Source of the DNA: Heterodontus francisci
Lineage: Eukaryota
Direction of reading: 5' to 3'
DNA: 64,000 nt
Assembly: GCF_036365525.1 (NCBI RefSeq)
Contig: NC_090411.1
Location: forward strand, 21,343,259-21,407,258
The notes under the pieces are model-generated. The model saw only the letters and a program-made list of their open reading frames with translations. It did not search any database and was not told where the DNA came from. Both the position numbers and the translations under genes were made by a program. Position 1 is the stretch's first letter, and each line of letters opens with the position of its first letter. Positions 26,101-41,100 of this stretch are shown here, in pieces.

Positions 26101-29100
26101 TCCAGGCGTACTTACTCTGGGACCAGCTTCAGACAATCGCGGGACTGCAGTCCGACGATTTGTTGGCAAGTTCTTCCTAACTGTGAAAATATCAAAAGAT
26201 GCAACTAGTGAGATTTATTGGGCAATGAAAACCACAGTGATCTACAGAATGTTTCTATCTAAAGGGATCAGCCAATAGATCTGACACCCCATCTGTCACA
26301 CCTCTAATTAAAGTTCCTACTGACTCTAGTAACCAAGTTCAGCAGGAGCACTGCTGACAGTCAATTTTGGCAAAAGCCCCAAAGGCTGTGTTTTCTCAAC
26401 GATCTCATATAAACTGGGTCAAGAAGACAGCAACAGACAAAATGTGAAATGGTGATTTATTATCCCAGCTCCAATATAGTGCAGAGAACAGAAGCGAAGT
26501 TGACATCTAGTGGAACTGGCAATGTACTTACCACTCAAATCAAATACAAGAGACAACAATGTTAATGCCATATAGGGAAGTTCTTAGATTCAAACCCTGG
26601 CTTGAGCTGTGTTAGCTGATCTCTGGCGGGCAGTAGAAAGAATTACAATTGGTTTCAGTTATGCCTGACTGTCGGAGAGTTAACAATTGATCTCGGGGGC
26701 TTATACAATTGATTTGAGAGTGGATGACAGTTGGTTTCAGGAAAGTTTACAATTGGTTTCAGTGGGTTTACAATTGGTTTCGGGGGCATTTCAGTGGTTT
26801 CGGAGAGTTACAATTGGTTCTAGGTTGTGCTGTTACTGGCTGAAGGAATCCTGGGCTAGCACCAGTTGCTTCAATGGGCTGAATCGTCCATGCCCGGCTG
26901 CATGTCACAGAACTGCCGCAATTTACCACATGGCGGCCTATTTGAATAACCAGGGCAGGCCGACCCCTCACCCCGATCACGTGGAGAGGGTGGGCTGTCT
27001 GTCCCTGGCAGTGGTGTCAGCTGCCTGTGCGCAGGTGTTGATACCATTTTTAAAGGGCGTTGAGCCTTACCGGCAGATTTAAATATTTAAAGATAAAGTG
27101 AATTTTTAAAAAATTAAATATATTTATTTTGCCCCTCTCCCACACCCCAAATAACCATAAAATTATTAATTTTCCATTTCCCCCACCCCCCTCCAAAAGA
27201 CTTACCTTTACAATCTGACCTTCCCCCCCAAACTGCATAAACTTTAACCTCCAACCCTTCCCATCATCCCCTACACCAATGATGTTACTTTGACCCCATC
27301 CCCCCCCCACCTCCCACACTGATAAACTTACCTCCTCCTCCCTCCCCCTCCCCAGTGTGGTGCCTCCTTTTCCCGGATGGGGATCCGAAGGCACGGGAGT
27401 GCCGGCCACCAGGCCGAATCTCGGAGCGGGAACTCAGGCGGCGATGTAAGTATGATTAATTCATTAATTTTAATTTATTTAAATATGTAAATGGGGGTCC
27501 TGTCACCGAGCGGCAGTGGGGTCACCACGAGGCTTTGCCACCGCCGGCAATATCAGGCCGGGTCCTCCTGGCGTCGGGGTGCATGGCGGCCCTCTCCCAG
27601 AGGCATCTTCGGACACCCCTTCCCCCTTCCACCACCACAGACCCCCAACGCCTAGGGCAAAAATCCAGCCCAATGCCTTTATTAATAATCCAGCAAATGC
27701 TGTCCCCAAGTCCCTCATGCTAGTCGAGCACAGGGGTACCTTTGCCTCTGCAGCAGCTGAAATAGATGACCACACAGAGCAGGGTTATTATTAAAAGCCC
27801 AAGAACTGCATATAAACTCCATCTTGGCAAATCCAGTCCATCTGACCCTGCAAAAGAAGAAATGAAACAATCACCTATACAGAGAATAACACAGAGATAT
27901 AACACTCCTGCGAATTAAAGAGAGACTCAGAATGCCAGAGCACTCCTAGATACGTGCAACCATTTCAATTCTGCCTGTATTACTTGGGCTGAATGTTGAT
28001 GAATTGCAATATTTCTGAATCAGCATGTAAAGAGTTAAATCAGTCTCACCGAGAGTTTCTTAGAGGGGGATTCTTACCCGCTCACCACTGGGAAAAAAAA
28101 ATACTTGCATTTATATAGCACCTTTCAACCACAGGACATCCCAAAGTGCTTTGCAGCCAATGAAGTGTAGTCACTGTTGTAATGTAGGAAATGCAGCATT
28201 AATTTGTGCACAGCAAGCTCCCACAAACAGCAATGAGATAATGACCAGATAATCTGTTTCTCTTATACTGTTGATTGAGGGATAAATATTGGTCAGCACA
28301 CCGGGAATAACTCCCCTGAACTTCTCCGAAATCATATTGCCTGAGAGAGCAATTGGGGCTTCAGCTTAATATCTCAGCTGAAAGACAGCATCTCTGACAG
28401 TGCAGCACTCCCTCAGTACTGCACTGGACGGTCAGCTTTGATTTTTATGCTCACAACCTGCCAATAGAAAGGCAAGAGTGGTACCAACTGAATCAGGGCC
28501 AATACCTTGACAATGTCATCATTATTGTATGTAAGCTGCTGTACTTTTCAAACAATGGAATGACTCCAGGAGGTCAGTTAGCTGAAATGCTCATAACATT
28601 GGGCCAGAAATGAAGGCTGGAGCTATTCCTAATTGAATATTCATTGTGGGTCAATTAAATCATAAAATGCATACTGTCCAAATATAGAATTAAGACAGGT
28701 GAAGATAAATCTCTCTCTCTCAGACATGGGAGTAGGTCAACAGTAACTGAATGTGCAGCAACAGAAAGGCCAGAACAGCTAGTTAGGAATAGGTAATGTT
28801 GAAGATAGATCAATGCCTAGAGAAGTAGTATAATAGTATATTCAATATTTTTAATAAACCAAGCAATATAAGAAAACCTTCCTCATTATAAAAGCTGTGT
28901 GTTGTTTAGTCATCTTTTTTATGTAAAATCAACTAGCTTGTTGATTTGCCCTATCTCAATAGTGAGTTTCTTCAATCTGCCTTCCCTAAAGATAGAATAC
29001 ACATGGTGAGAAGTGTAATATTTTGTTGCCAACACGTGGAGCCCGGGGACTATATTAAGATTCTTGGCTCAGATTATTAACTAGATATTGGGCAGTCCAA

Positions 29101-32100
29101 GATGCACTCTGTATTGTAGGGAACACAGGGTCCAATTAAGGGAGTGATGGGTGATACTGAACCCAAGAGAAAATCTAGTGCAAAAGTGCTAAAATTGTCA
29201 CAATACATCATGTAACATACTGTGTGTTACCAGGTCTACTGCTGCCCTATATCTAATATATAGTACATGGTATGTTGTTGGGTATAAGATTCCTCTATAT
29301 GTCTCTAATATATTAAAAATCTTCCATATAACATGTGTTTCCTGGAAACATTCCCATTACACTATTTCTGTGATTACCCAATTATTTTACTTACCTCTGG
29401 TTGAGTTGCTTCAAGTTTGGCCCCAAAGGAGATGTTCTACTGGGAATTCCTGTCTTCCGAGGTAGGTGGCACTGTTTCACGATTATCCAAGTCCCATCTA
29501 TTTGCAGCGTCTAAAATTGGCCCTGTAACCCAATCCTACTCGCTCCCACTGTTCTGATCAACCCACTGGGTCTCCCACTTATTATTCCCCCACTCTACAT
29601 CCTAGTTGCTCTACATAATGCCCCTACCAACCCAATACTGCCAAGCCTCAAATTCACCATTCAAACTGCCCCACCCAGCAGCTCCCTCCCAGAGGTCCCA
29701 AACCCCATATCCCACTTACACTCATCCCATATGTCGAGACTACCCCTCCCCACTCCAGTGTTAACACCCTTCTCCCATGCCTACTACATCCTAGTACTCC
29801 TGTCCCAATGCTCGCAAAAAAAACAAGACTGTCCTTCTCAATGTTCCCATCCTATAAACACCTACTGGTTCACTCAGATCTTTGCAGCTCTCCATGTTTC
29901 CACAGCCTGTAACCCCTGTTGCCAATGATCCCAGAGCCATGACAACCCTCCCAATGTTACTAACCCACACTCCACCAGTGTACTACAGACAGTTTGTGAA
30001 CTGTCATTACCATCAGGGCTTTAATAAAGGTAAAGAGAAAACCAACTATATAGTTAAACTAACATTTAACAGTAATCAAGGCTACTGATTTACAATTTCT
30101 GTGCAAATATGCACCAAAAAAACACAGGATTGGAGGCAGAGGGGCCAGATTAGGTGCCTGGAAACAGCCTCCCGGTGGCAGACTGAGGTGGGAAGGGGGG
30201 GCGGCACTCCAGACAGGCCCTCCCTGCCTGCCTGGGTGCTGCAGCAGCCACAGGCCGCCCTGCAGAGGGGTTTCTGCCCCCGACATTGCTGGCCTGGCTG
30301 CAAAACCTTTCTTTTAATTTAAACGTTTAGAATGTTGGAGAGAGGCCGCCTCAATTTTGGGGCGCCCGCTCCCTTACTTTCAAGCCTCTGATTGGCCCTC
30401 CAACTTCAAGAGCCTGCCCGCTGTCCTTAATTGGACAGCAGGCCCGGCCTCTGGCCATTAATTGGACAGCAAGCCCGGCCTCTGGCCATTAATTGGACAG
30501 CAAGCCCGGCCTCTGGCCATTAATTGGCTGCCCTGGGGAAAATCACAATGAGTGACTGTTTCTCAAAGGGTGCGGGTTTCTGACCCATACTTCAGTCTGA
30601 TGGCAGGGTTCAGAAGCCCGCTGGGAAAAACCTTCCCATGGAAACAAAGCCCAAAGACCGACACTCACACTGCCACAATACCCTGTAAGATGAATGCCAA
30701 CTCACTGTTATGGGAGATCCACTAGTGCATATTTAATACAACCACACGTTAGGGGTGAAATTCTAGGTTGGCTGGGATGCAAAACACATGGCAGTGGATT
30801 GGCACTCACGATACCTATGATTTACACTTCCTTTAAGGTAACAATGGAAAGGATATTCGGGGAGGTATATAACAAGCAACTGATCTGCTACTGCCTGTTT
30901 TCCACCCTGATGAAGCTGAACTTCACACCCATGTGTGGTGCACAGATACAGCTTCCTGTGTTACTGGGGTATAATGCTCCTGATTTATTACAATCTAGCC
31001 ATCTAGTGTCATATTCTATATGTAACACAATTTGCTAAAGACCGGCCTTTGTAATTGCATATTAAACACAACTTACTTTCGAACTGGGGATTTGCCACTG
31101 TTGTATCCTTGGTTCCGCATTGGCAGATTTCCATCATACCCAAACCATCCCCAAGGGTGATGTTGCAATTAATGTTGAAACTCTTAGTTTCTCCGCTGGC
31201 ACCCACACCAGTCACTCTTCTGTCACTCAACGTCGCATCCCACATAAACTGCACATAATCTCCCACGAGTTCAGTCACAACACAATTGGATCCACCTTTA
31301 GTTCTTTCATTCCTATTTTCAGATGCTCCTGAAAAATAAAATAATTGATCGGAATGAATAAACATTCATTTCTAATGGATGATATTGCAACTTTTCCATG
31401 GTCAAGTTGTGTTGTTTGCCAATAACTGAGTTAAAAAAGGAGAGGTTTTTAATGGATGTGGCTGGGAAAATATTGCGGGCAAAGTAGACTCGGTGGACCG
31501 AAGGGCCTGTTTCAGTGCTGTATCTCTCTATGACCCCCAGCAGGAGTGGGCTGGAGGCCAGGGGGTCATAAAATTGAGTGGGAGATGGAGGGCGGGGCCA
31601 TTCCCGACGCCTCCCCCGCTGCAATTCTAGGAGGGGTGGCAGTGGCAAGAAATGGCCTGCCCGCCCCAAGCCAATTAAGGCCCTTAAGTGGTCAATTAAC
31701 TGCCACCCTGTCTCCCACGAAGGACCCCCTCCCATGGCCCAACCACCCCCACTGAACTCCATTCCACCCCCACCCCCAGTTGCCTCGCCAGGGTCTGACT
31801 GATTGTCCCCAGCGAGGCCCTACACACTTACCTTTTTTCCAAGGCCGGCATCCCTCTTGCTCCACTCCCTGGCTGCAGTCCCAGCAGTGGCCACCACTCC
31901 CAGTGGTGCTGCTAGGACTGAGAGCTGCCAGCCCGCTGATTGGCTGGCAGCTCTTGGAGGGGCAGAAGTCCCGCCCAAGGCCAATTAAGGGCTTGGGCCA
32001 CGTAAAATCAGAGATTGACTCCCAGGCCCAGTGGAGGCAGGCTCGCCCCCAAATTTCTGGCTGCCCAACGTAAAATTCCGGCCCAAGTGTCTGTTAAGGA

Positions 32101-35100
32101 GCACTTGGGTAAGAGTAATCATTGTAACATAAGGTTTAGACTAGTAATGCAGAAAAGCAAGGAACAATATAAGGTAGAATGTCTAGATTGGAAGTGGGCT
32201 AATTTCAATGCGGTGAGAAGGGATCTATTCAGGGTAAAATGGAACCAAAGATTGGCAAGAAGAACTGTAATGGAACAATGTGTTACCTTTAAGGAAGAGA
32301 TGCTTCAGGCACAGGCTAGGTACATTCCAACAAGGGTGAAAGGTAGTGGAACCAAAAACAGGGCTCCTTGGATGATGAGGGAGATAGCGATTATGATGAA
32401 TTTTTCAAGTGAGGTCAAATACAATAGGTTGAGGGGGGAGGTGCAAAGGAAAATAAGACTGGCATAGAGAGAATATGAGAATAGAATGGCAGTCAACATA
32501 AAAGGGAACCCAAAAATATTCTACCAGCATGTAAATAGTAAGCGGGTAATAAGAGGTGGCGTAGGACCTATTAAGGACAAAGAGGATAAAATATATACTT
32601 AGAGGCGCAGGGCAAGGTTAGAATACTTAATGAGTACTTTGTATCGGTGTTTACTAAGGAAGAGGAATCTGACAAAATATCAGTAGAAGTGGAGAGAGTA
32701 GAGACAATAGATAGGGTAAAAGTTGAGAGGGAGGAGGTACTGGAAAGGCTGGCTAGCTCAGGGTACATAAGTCACCTGGTCCGGATGGCTTGCATCCCAG
32801 GTTGCTAAGGAAGTGGGGGTGGAGATAGCGGAAGGGCTTTCCATAATCTTCCAATCTTCCCTAGATATGGGGGAGGTGCCAGAGGATTGGAGAGTGACAA
32901 ATGTGACACCCTTATTCAAGAAAGGGTGTAAGGACAGTCCTAGCAACTATAGGCCAGTTAATTTAACATCAGTGGTGGGTAAGGTTTTAGAAACAATAAT
33001 CAGGGAAAATTCAACAGGCACTTGGAGAGTTTGAGTTCATTAAGGACAGACAGCAGAATTTGTAAAAGGCAGTTCACGCTTGACTAATCTAATTGAAATT
33101 TTTATTTAAGTAACAGTGAAGGTTGATGAAGGGAATGCAGTGGATGTTGTCCCCATGAAATTTGAGAAAGCATTCGATAAAGTACCACAGAAAAGGCTGG
33201 TTAACCAAATTAAGGTTCGTGCAATAGGAGAATCAGTGTCAGCTTAGATTAAAAAATTGGCTTAAGGACAGAACACAGCGAGTTGTCGTAAATGGTTACT
33301 TTTCAGACTGGAGGATGGTAGTGGTGTTCCCCAAGGGCCAGTGCTGGGACCATTGCTTTTTTTTTACTATATATAAATGACTTGGAATATAGAGTACAAC
33401 TTCAAAATCTGCCAATGACGCAAAGTGAAGATGATATGAATTGCCTGCAACCGGACATAGATAGGCTAGCAGAATGGGCAAGTGGCAGATAGAATTTAAT
33501 ACAGACAAGTGTGAGATGATGCATTTTGGCAAAAGAGATAGGGTGAGGCAATATATACTTAACGACAACGTTCTAAAGAGTGCAGGAACAGAGGGACCTG
33601 GGGTGCATGTGCATAGATCTTTGAAGATGGCAGGACATATCGAGAGAGTGGTTAGCAAAACATATGGGATCTTGGGCTTCATAAAGAGAGGCATTGAGTA
33701 CAAAAGCAGGGAAGTTATGCTGAACCTTTATAAAGCTCTGGTTAGGTCCCAACTAGAGTATCGCATCCAGTTCTGGTCACCACACTTTAGGAAGGATGTG
33801 AGGGTCCTTGAGAGGCTGCAGAGGAGATTTAACAGAATGGTTCCAGAGATGAGGGATTTAGCTACCAAGTTAGGTTGGAAAAGCTGGGGTTGTTCTCCTT
33901 GGAGCAAAGGAGATAGAGGGGAGATTTGATAGAGATGTACAAGATTCTGACAGGCTTAGATAAGGTAGACCAGGAAAAACTGTTCCCATTAACTGATGCT
34001 ACAAGGACTAGGGGACAAAGTTTGAAGGTTTTGGACAAGGGAGGCAGGGGGAATATGAGGAAGAACTTTTTGATGCTGCGAGTGGTAATGACCTGGAACT
34101 CGCTGCCCATGAGGGTGGTGGAAGCAGAGACGATGAATGATTTCAAAAGGAAATTGGATTTGAAGGAAATAAACTTGCAGGGCTGCAGGGATTGAGCCGA
34201 GGAGTGGGACTGGCTGGATTGCTCTGCGGAGAGCTGGAATGGACTGGATGGGTTGAATGGCCTCCCTCTATGCCATAAATGACTCTATGACACTATTGCA
34301 CCTGAGTAAATTCTTTGAAAATTTTGCAGCAATCCTCCGATGCGGAGTGTGAGTGAGAATTAGATCATCCATTGAGTTATAACAGATAGAGACAGTGGGG
34401 TAGACAAATAGATTGGCAGATAGTTAAAAACTGGTAGACAGATAAAGATAAACAGATAGACAGATAAACGTTGTGGCCATTTGTCTATCAATATCGAAGA
34501 AGACAGCCAGAATATTATCACATTTTTTGCACTGAGTTCTTTGATAACTGAAGAGGTCTATTTTTGCTCAGAGTGAGCGTCTGCAGATTGAACAGTGGAT
34601 CTCAGATACGCCAGGTTTAAGGATCTTGATTTTTCAGGTGATTCTTTCGCAGATGGCATTTCGATTTGGCAACAGCATTGCCAGGGGTCTCAGAGTAAAG
34701 GGTTGTTTTAACGATGCTTTATTGCCATACTTTCTTATCTTGAGTAAGTTTTTTCCTTTTCAGAATCACTTTTATGCAGTCTTTATCTCTCTTTTCCTGT
34801 CCACCACAAAAGTGCTTCCCTGTTGTCATTGCACCCTCGAAGATCTTCTTCCGGAATCGTTCGTCGGTTCATCAGACATTTGCACAAATCCGTGCCTTCA
34901 TGATCAGACATCCATGCCTGACGTGTCAGTTCTTTTTATGAACTTCAGTGTCAAGGATCTTGACTTGCCATCTGATCTTTATTAGTCGTCACAGCTTTTT
35001 TAATGTTGTGTGAATATGTTTTCCCAGTTTTGCAGGTATAAAATAGGCTTGTCAGTACAGCAGTCCTGTGTTCCTGAGCTTGGCTCACAGAGTTTAACAA

Positions 35101-38100
35101 AAGTTGATCTGATCTTTGGCGCTTCAGCTGGATCCTTCTGTAATCACATGGGTTCCTCGAGACAGGGTGCTACAAAGATGCTGTATCTGTCAACAGCCCG
35201 AAACGTCTGATCAATAAATAATAAATAGATACCTGATAAATAAGATAGCTGAAATACATGGCGATGTCAGAGACAAATTGGGATAAATTAGAATGATAAA
35301 CTTGATGGATTAGATGGGGTAGAACATAGGAACATAATAAATAGGAGCAGGTGTAGACTATAAGGCCCCTCAAGCCTGCTCTGCTATTCAATGAGCTTGC
35401 AATCAGATCAGCCATGATCTTATTGAATGGCGGAACAAGCTCGAGGGGCCGAGTGGCCTACTCTTGCTCCTAATTCATATGTTCGTATGTAATATGATCA
35501 TAGCTGGTTTTCTGCCTCAACCCCATTTTCCCACCTGCTCCTCATATCCCTTGATTCCCCGAGAGACCAAAAATCTGTCTAAGCCAGAATAGATAGACAA
35601 ACAGAAAGTTATAAAACAATAGATAATAAACACCGAAATTTGAGAATAGAGACAGAAATTGGTAGAAATGAACAGGCTCATCAACATTGAAGGAGAAAAT
35701 GAGATTGCTGCTTTTGGAGGGTCCTTTTAACAGCTCTCACAGTTAGAGATAGATGGGCAGAAGGACTCAGATAGACAGATATTGACAAATATTAGGGAGA
35801 AAATTATTTGGATATAATAATGAATTGGGGAGGAAGGAAGGAAGGATCATAATATTCGGTACGGGTCAGTAGGTAACAGAATGAAAGATTAGTTTTAAAA
35901 CTTCTTTGGATCACCACAAACTACATTTATGTATCAGGCTAGTTAATTAGGTAATAGTGCGTAATATGACAGGAAATTATACCCTTTCGATTGTTATATT
36001 GGTTATTCAAAGCAACCACAGCAGCTCGTAATATAGAGAGGTGTGAGCACAGAGCTTGGGGAAGAAAGTGTTGGGTGAATCTGCTAAACAGACTGGTGAG
36101 GGAAATTCGTGAGAGTGGGAATTCAGTGTAGAGGTGGGAGGAGGTGCTAAATACAAACATACAAATTAGGATAACTTAAACCAAGGGGCACAGTAAATAT
36201 TTAAATAATCAGAGTAATTAATGAGATCTAAGGGGATAAAATTAAAATTAACTAAGTAGAGGATATCAACATTAAAGGGATCCAAATTGCATTTAATAAA
36301 AATTTGGTGTGTATATATATATATATATAGATAAAAAAAGGTGTAAGGGGATGCGAAACTAAAAACACACACATATATAACATAAGACTTTTAAACAAAA
36401 TGAAAGGATAGCTGACACCTTGTGGAATTTCTATGTTATGTCGGAACACAATGTCATTGCAGTCAGTGCCTTTATTCTGCACCAGTCCATCAGCATTTGA
36501 GCCACCACCAGAAACCAGAGGGTGGCGAATGGGTGATAAGGGCTAAGCACAACCAGCACACAACCAAGCAGCAGCATGCACAGAACAACAGCCACACTGC
36601 TCATCAAAGCGTCACTGAGTGGACCATTGGGGTGCTTAACCAATGCCTCAGCTGGACCGCTTTGGAGATCCCATGCAGTACACTCCAGAGCATGTGTCTT
36701 AATTTGTCAATGTCTGTTGCATCCTGCACAACCTTAGCATCATGAGGGCACAACCCTTTCCACCAGGCATGTGGCAAGCAGCTGAGGAGGAGGCGGAGGA
36801 AGGGGAAGAGGAGGAGGAGGAAGGAAGGAAGGAAGGAGACCAACCAGCACATCCCGCTTCTGGCCCAATTGATAGAGATCAGCACATCCCTCTATGAATG
36901 CAACCCCAATTCCCCATTCACCAACAGTCCCATACCCTACCTTCCCTCTGGCTAACACAACGTCTTCTTGACCACAATGTAAAAATAGAAGCTACCACAA
37001 AACAAACATTCGAAACCAACTTTATAAATCAAACTATCCAATATTCCATACAAAGGACAACTAATCACTCTTAGGAATTTCCTTACTGTCAGTCCGCAAG
37101 CATGACCCCGAGCTGCTGGTTGCTTGCGATTTTAATTCACCATCCTGCTGTCATGCCCACATTTCTGTCCTCGGCCTGCTCCAGTGCTCCAGTGAAGCTC
37201 AATGCAAGCTTGAGGAACAGCACCTTATCTTCACCTCACCATGTAAGAGAGAGGGAAGCTCGTCAGGTGAGTGTGGTGCAATGTGTTTGGGTGCTGTGCC
37301 TGTCAAGATTGACTAGGTGGCAGTTTGCGCTATGAATGTGAAATATGTGTCGTGATTAAAAGAGATTGGTGGTAGGTGAGTGAAATTTGGTGGTGATTTG
37401 AGGTTAGTAGTGCAGTTATAAGGATGTGCATTTGAGGATGTAATCACTAACCTTGACCACTCACGTAAGGTCATTGAACTTTGTGCGGCACTTGGGGCAG
37501 GCGTTGACTGTGATGGCTATCTTCTCCCAGTGTCTTTGCAGTGTCTGTTTAGAGGGCCTCCTGATCACTGTGGATAGAAGACCTCTCTCCTCCTGCAAAA
37601 GGCTCCAGTGCTGCTTCAGAGAGCCTTGGAGCCCGCTCTCTGCAAAATTGTGCCATTCCTGTGTCTCTTCTAGGTCAAACGCACTCTGAGAATGACTTTC
37701 AGCACCTGCACCAGTCAAAATGCACCTCCCCTTTAAGAGGTGCAAGCTAGCTTTAGATACTGCAGGCTAGCTTTAACTCATGCTAGCCTCTCATGATTTT
37801 TTGCCCCCTGCTCATTCCTACAGCTATTTAGTGCTGACTGCATGCTGTAATCATCTAAATGAACAGGCAGCACAAAGTTTGTTTGCTGTCTGCATCAGAA
37901 TAAATGGGCGCGAGTTAATCACGCATCGTGATCCATGTGCCCCTTTTCGGGGGCGATACATTTTTGCCTCCTACAGATACAGAATATTTTGCAGGGGGAG
38001 GGAGAACAGTCAGAATTTGTGTTCCATGTTAGAACCAAAGACATAGGAAAAGGGTTGAGGTCAGAGTTTCAGGAGCTGGCGAAGAAGTTAAAGAGCAGGA

Positions 38101-41100
38101 CCTCAAAGGTAGTAATCGCTGGATTATTTTGAATGCCAAATGCTAGCAAAATAAGACAGGTTAATGCGTAGCTATAGAAATGGTGCAGGAGAAAGGGCTT
38201 CACATTCCTGGAGCATTGGCAGCAAAGTCCTCACAGGGAGGTTAACGAGTGCTGTGGGGGAGAGCTTAAACTAATTTGGTTCAGAGAGGGGCACTAGGAT
38301 GAAGCATTAGAGAGGAGATACAAGGTGATAGAACTGGGAGGGACAAACAGCAGTAGCATAAAGAGTAGTTTGTTTTTATTCTTTTGTGGGACTTAAGTGT
38401 CGCTGGCAAGGCCAGCATTTGTTGTCCATCCCTAATTGCTCTTACAAAGTTCAGAAATAGTTGGGATCAGACAGGGGAGGAAATGTGAGACAGACTAAGA
38501 TGGATTTGGAGTGCATGTTTAGAATAGGCAAAGTGTAGTAAATAAGGTTCGGCAGCTGCAGGCACACGTAGCCACATGGGATTATGATGTAGTGGCAATA
38601 ATGGAGACATGGCTCAAACAAAGGGAGGATTGGGCACTTAATATTCCTGACTACCATGTATTCAGGAAAGATATGGAGGGAAAGAAGGTGTGGGAGTGGC
38701 AGTATCGCTCACGGATACTGCTACAGTGTTAGAAAGGGATCATGTACTTGAGAGTTGTTAGACAGAACCTATTTAGTTAGAAGGAACAATAGAGGATCTG
38801 CTGGGCATACACTATAGGCCACCAATAGTGGGAACAAGGTAGGGGAGAAAATGTACAGATGAATTACAGAAAGACACAACAAGGGGCCGGATTTATAAAG
38901 CCCGCTAAGTGCGGGTATGAAGGTGGGTGGGATTTAAATATCGTGTTCATGGAGGTCTGCACTGGGACCCGCCACCTCCAGAATGTGACACCATTTTTAC
39001 AGGGATACCGGGAGGGAATGGGTCGGACATACGCTTCCAATTAATTTCCTGGAGCTTATTGAAGAGCTCATTAACGGGCTTGTCAGCAGCAGGTTTTAAT
39101 TTTTATATGTTGGGAACAGGGAGGATGCCATGGAGGGAACATGGCAGGGTGTTCAGGACGTGAACACAGCAGGCGCAGGATGGGGCGGCCATGAGGGCTA
39201 TGGCAGAGGCACAAAGTTAAGCTCAGCTGCTTCCAAAGTGCCAGAGAGTGACTATTGCTGGAGTTGTAAGACCTGCTTTTCTCAGTGGTGAATGGCAGGA
39301 ATCTGGAGAGGGAGGTGAGGCCACTGGCATCACTTGGGAAGCTGGCGTTGGCAGGGGAAGGCCTGGTGAATGAACGAGTTCTGCTGAGGGAGTTCAGATG
39401 GGAACAGGTTACTCTGACATTGGACAGAGCAGCCAGGATGAGCTTCAGCAGATGCAACCTCCTGGACAGCAGGAGCCCAGAGGAGGACTAACGGGAGGCT
39501 GCAAGGAGAGGAAGGTGCCAAGACATCAAGTGCACAGCCCGAGTCAGCTCCTTGCAAATGGCAGAGAGCCAGTACTCTAGGAGCCTGCGTCTATCCAGGC
39601 AGATGTTCTCAGTCCTGTCCTCTGAACCACAATGACCTGAGGCCTCGGTGCCCCCAAGGCAGTCCCCTACCTGCAGCCTTCAAGGTCTCTGTCGCCCTAA
39701 ACAGCTATGTAACCAGGTTGTTCCAGGGTTCAGCTGTGGACCTAGGTGGCATCTTGCAGTCGGCAGCTCATCAAGTCATTAGGTGGGTCATGGATGCCAT
39801 TTTCAGGAGGGCAGGGGACTACACCCACTTTGACACAGATGGACCTGTGAAGGCACCAAGGTCATTGGGTTCAGGCTCCATTGCTGGATTCTCCCGGGTA
39901 CAGGACATCATCACTTGCACTCATGTAGCCATCGAGGAGCCCAGTGACTGGCCAGTGAGATCTATCAGCAGGAAGGATTCCACTGCCTTACAAACCAACT
40001 GGTCCGTGACCACAACAACAGCTTCCTCTGTGCGTGCTCTCGCTTCCCTGGCAACTGCCATGACTCCTTCATCTTCCACCAGTCCAGGCTGTCTCGATGC
40101 TTCACTCCATTCCCCAAAGTGCATGGATCCAAGCAGATAAGGGAAGAGATGGCTACCGACCCCTTTATCAGAACCCCAGACAGAGGTGATACAACCAATG
40201 CCACCCGCTCAGTAGGCCAACCATTGAGCAGGCCATTACATTCCTGAAGATGTGTTTTTTTTTTGTATTCTTTCATGGGATGTGGGCATCGCTGGCAAGG
40301 CCAGCATTTGTTGCCCATCCCTAACTGTCCTTGACAATTAAGAGTCAACCACATTGCTGTGGGTTTGGAGTCACATATAGGCCAGATTCCAGTGCCTGGA
40401 TCGGTTGGTTGGTTCCCTCCAATACCCTCCTGCAATGGTCTCAGACCATTGTACTGATCTGCTGTTCTCTCCATAACAGAGAGTCATAGAGAGATACAGC
40501 ACTGAAACAGGCCCTTCGGCCCACCGAGTCTGTGCCAACCAACAACCACCCATTTATGCTAATCCTACATTAAACCCATATTCCCTACCACATCCCCACT
40601 ATTCTCCTACCACCTACCTACACTAGGGGCAATTTACCTATCAACCTGCAAGTTTTTGGCTGTGGGAGGAAACCGGAGCACCCGGAGGAAACCCACACGG
40701 TCACAGGGAGAACTTGCAAACTCCACACAGGCAGTACTCAGAACCGAACCCGGGTCACTGGAGCTGTGAGGCTGCAGTGCTAACCACTGCGCCACTGTGC
40801 CACCCAGAGAGGTGTGGACCTTGAGGACAGTGAGGCCCTGGAAGGAGACAGCTCATTAGGGAGAAACAGGAGGTAAGAGAGGAGGAGGAAGAGGGAGAGG
40901 AGGGGGAAAGCACTGAGCAGAGAGGTGCTCCTGCTGAACGATGAGTGGCTTCTTCCTGCTGCCTTCAGGGTAGAGGACTTCCCTCCTCTACCTCACTGCC
41001 TCCAGCATTAGATCCAGGTAGGCATCGATGAAGCGAGGGTTTGCCCTGCCCCTAGCGCCAGGCCTCCAGTATCCCTGTGACATCTCGCTTCCCTCTGGTG

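Noticed and set aside
29394-29522. Candidate extra stalk exon between the C-like and TM exons (strong donor GAG|GTAAGT)
   Set aside because: The frame required by the phase-1 neighbours contains a TAG stop, and the open frame has incompatible phases.
26640-30527. Short repeats with spacers superficially like a CRISPR array
   Set aside because: Eukaryotic context, degenerate or head-to-tail units, and no cas genes.
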